From Eledone cirrhosa (lineage: Eukaryota): a stretch of DNA of 63,318 nt. Location of the stretch: NCBI GenBank assembly GCA_964016885.1, contig CAXHJY010000468.1, forward strand, positions 1 through 63,318, written 5' to 3'. Positions 63,081-63,318 of this stretch are shown here, piece after piece. Position 1 is the stretch's first letter. Each line of letters starts with the position of its first letter. The position numbers and the translations under genes are program-made. A model generated the notes under the pieces. That model did no database searches and had not been told where the DNA came from. It saw nothing but the letters and a program-made list of their open reading frames with translations.

Positions 63081-63318
63081 CTTTTACTCTTTTACTCTTT
63101 TACCTGTTTCAGCCATCCGGCTGGGGCACCGCCCTTGTTGCTACACATTTTATCTCCAGCCTGTATAGGTTGGCCACTGGTGTAGGAGGGAGTTTGTTGC
63201 TGCTGCCCTTAGGTTTCCCTCGTGTCTTGCTGTGGGCTCATCCGGGATCCTGGATAACAAGGTGTCGAGATGTTTCTTAAAGACATCCACCTCCACGTCA
63301 TGCAAGTCTCGCAGATGC
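63081..63318 (-). mobile_element. 3' end of a CR1-group LINE (ORF2 C-terminus 63150-63317, short 3' UTR, (GTAAAAGA)n tail); continues beyond the window
   Basis: Minus frame HLRDLHDVEVDVFKKHLDTLLSRIPDEP...[12 protein letters not shown]...* followed by GGCGGTGCCCCAGC...GGCTGAAACAG and tandem GTAAAAGA. Resembles octopus LINE/SINE 3' ends as I recall them; not searched. Confidence 0.75.

Overview
Eukaryotic, extremely AT-rich window with no recognisable host genes. It is probably cephalopod, inferred only from the LINE 3' tail at the right edge and the microsatellite load. The window is a long (AT)n field, interrupted mostly by TGAA on one strand, that has been colonised repeatedly by Penelope-like retroelements (PLEs: RT plus C-terminal GIY-YIG endonuclease) of at least three lineages. 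These are a Neptune-like element with two ORFs and a phased -1 slippery site (6.8-10.9 kb), three Hydra-like elements (15-28.8 kb nested pair; 37.4-40.5 kb) and a Nematis-like inverted pair (43.3-49.9 kb). It also holds three families of non-coding tandem units (467, 466 and 310 bp), each carrying one type I hammerhead ribozyme (HHR) per unit, i.e. retrozyme-like elements. Most coding and non-coding insertions share one architecture: two arms joined at their truncated 5' ends, both 3' ends pointing out into (AT)n, and one arm carrying a family-specific 3' extension. The best candidate system is an (AT)n-targeted PLE machinery that mobilises circular, ribozyme-processed small RNAs in trans by rolling-circle reverse transcription. 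Clade labels, ribozyme activity and mechanism are inferences from motifs read by eye. Boundaries inside AT tracts are approximate.
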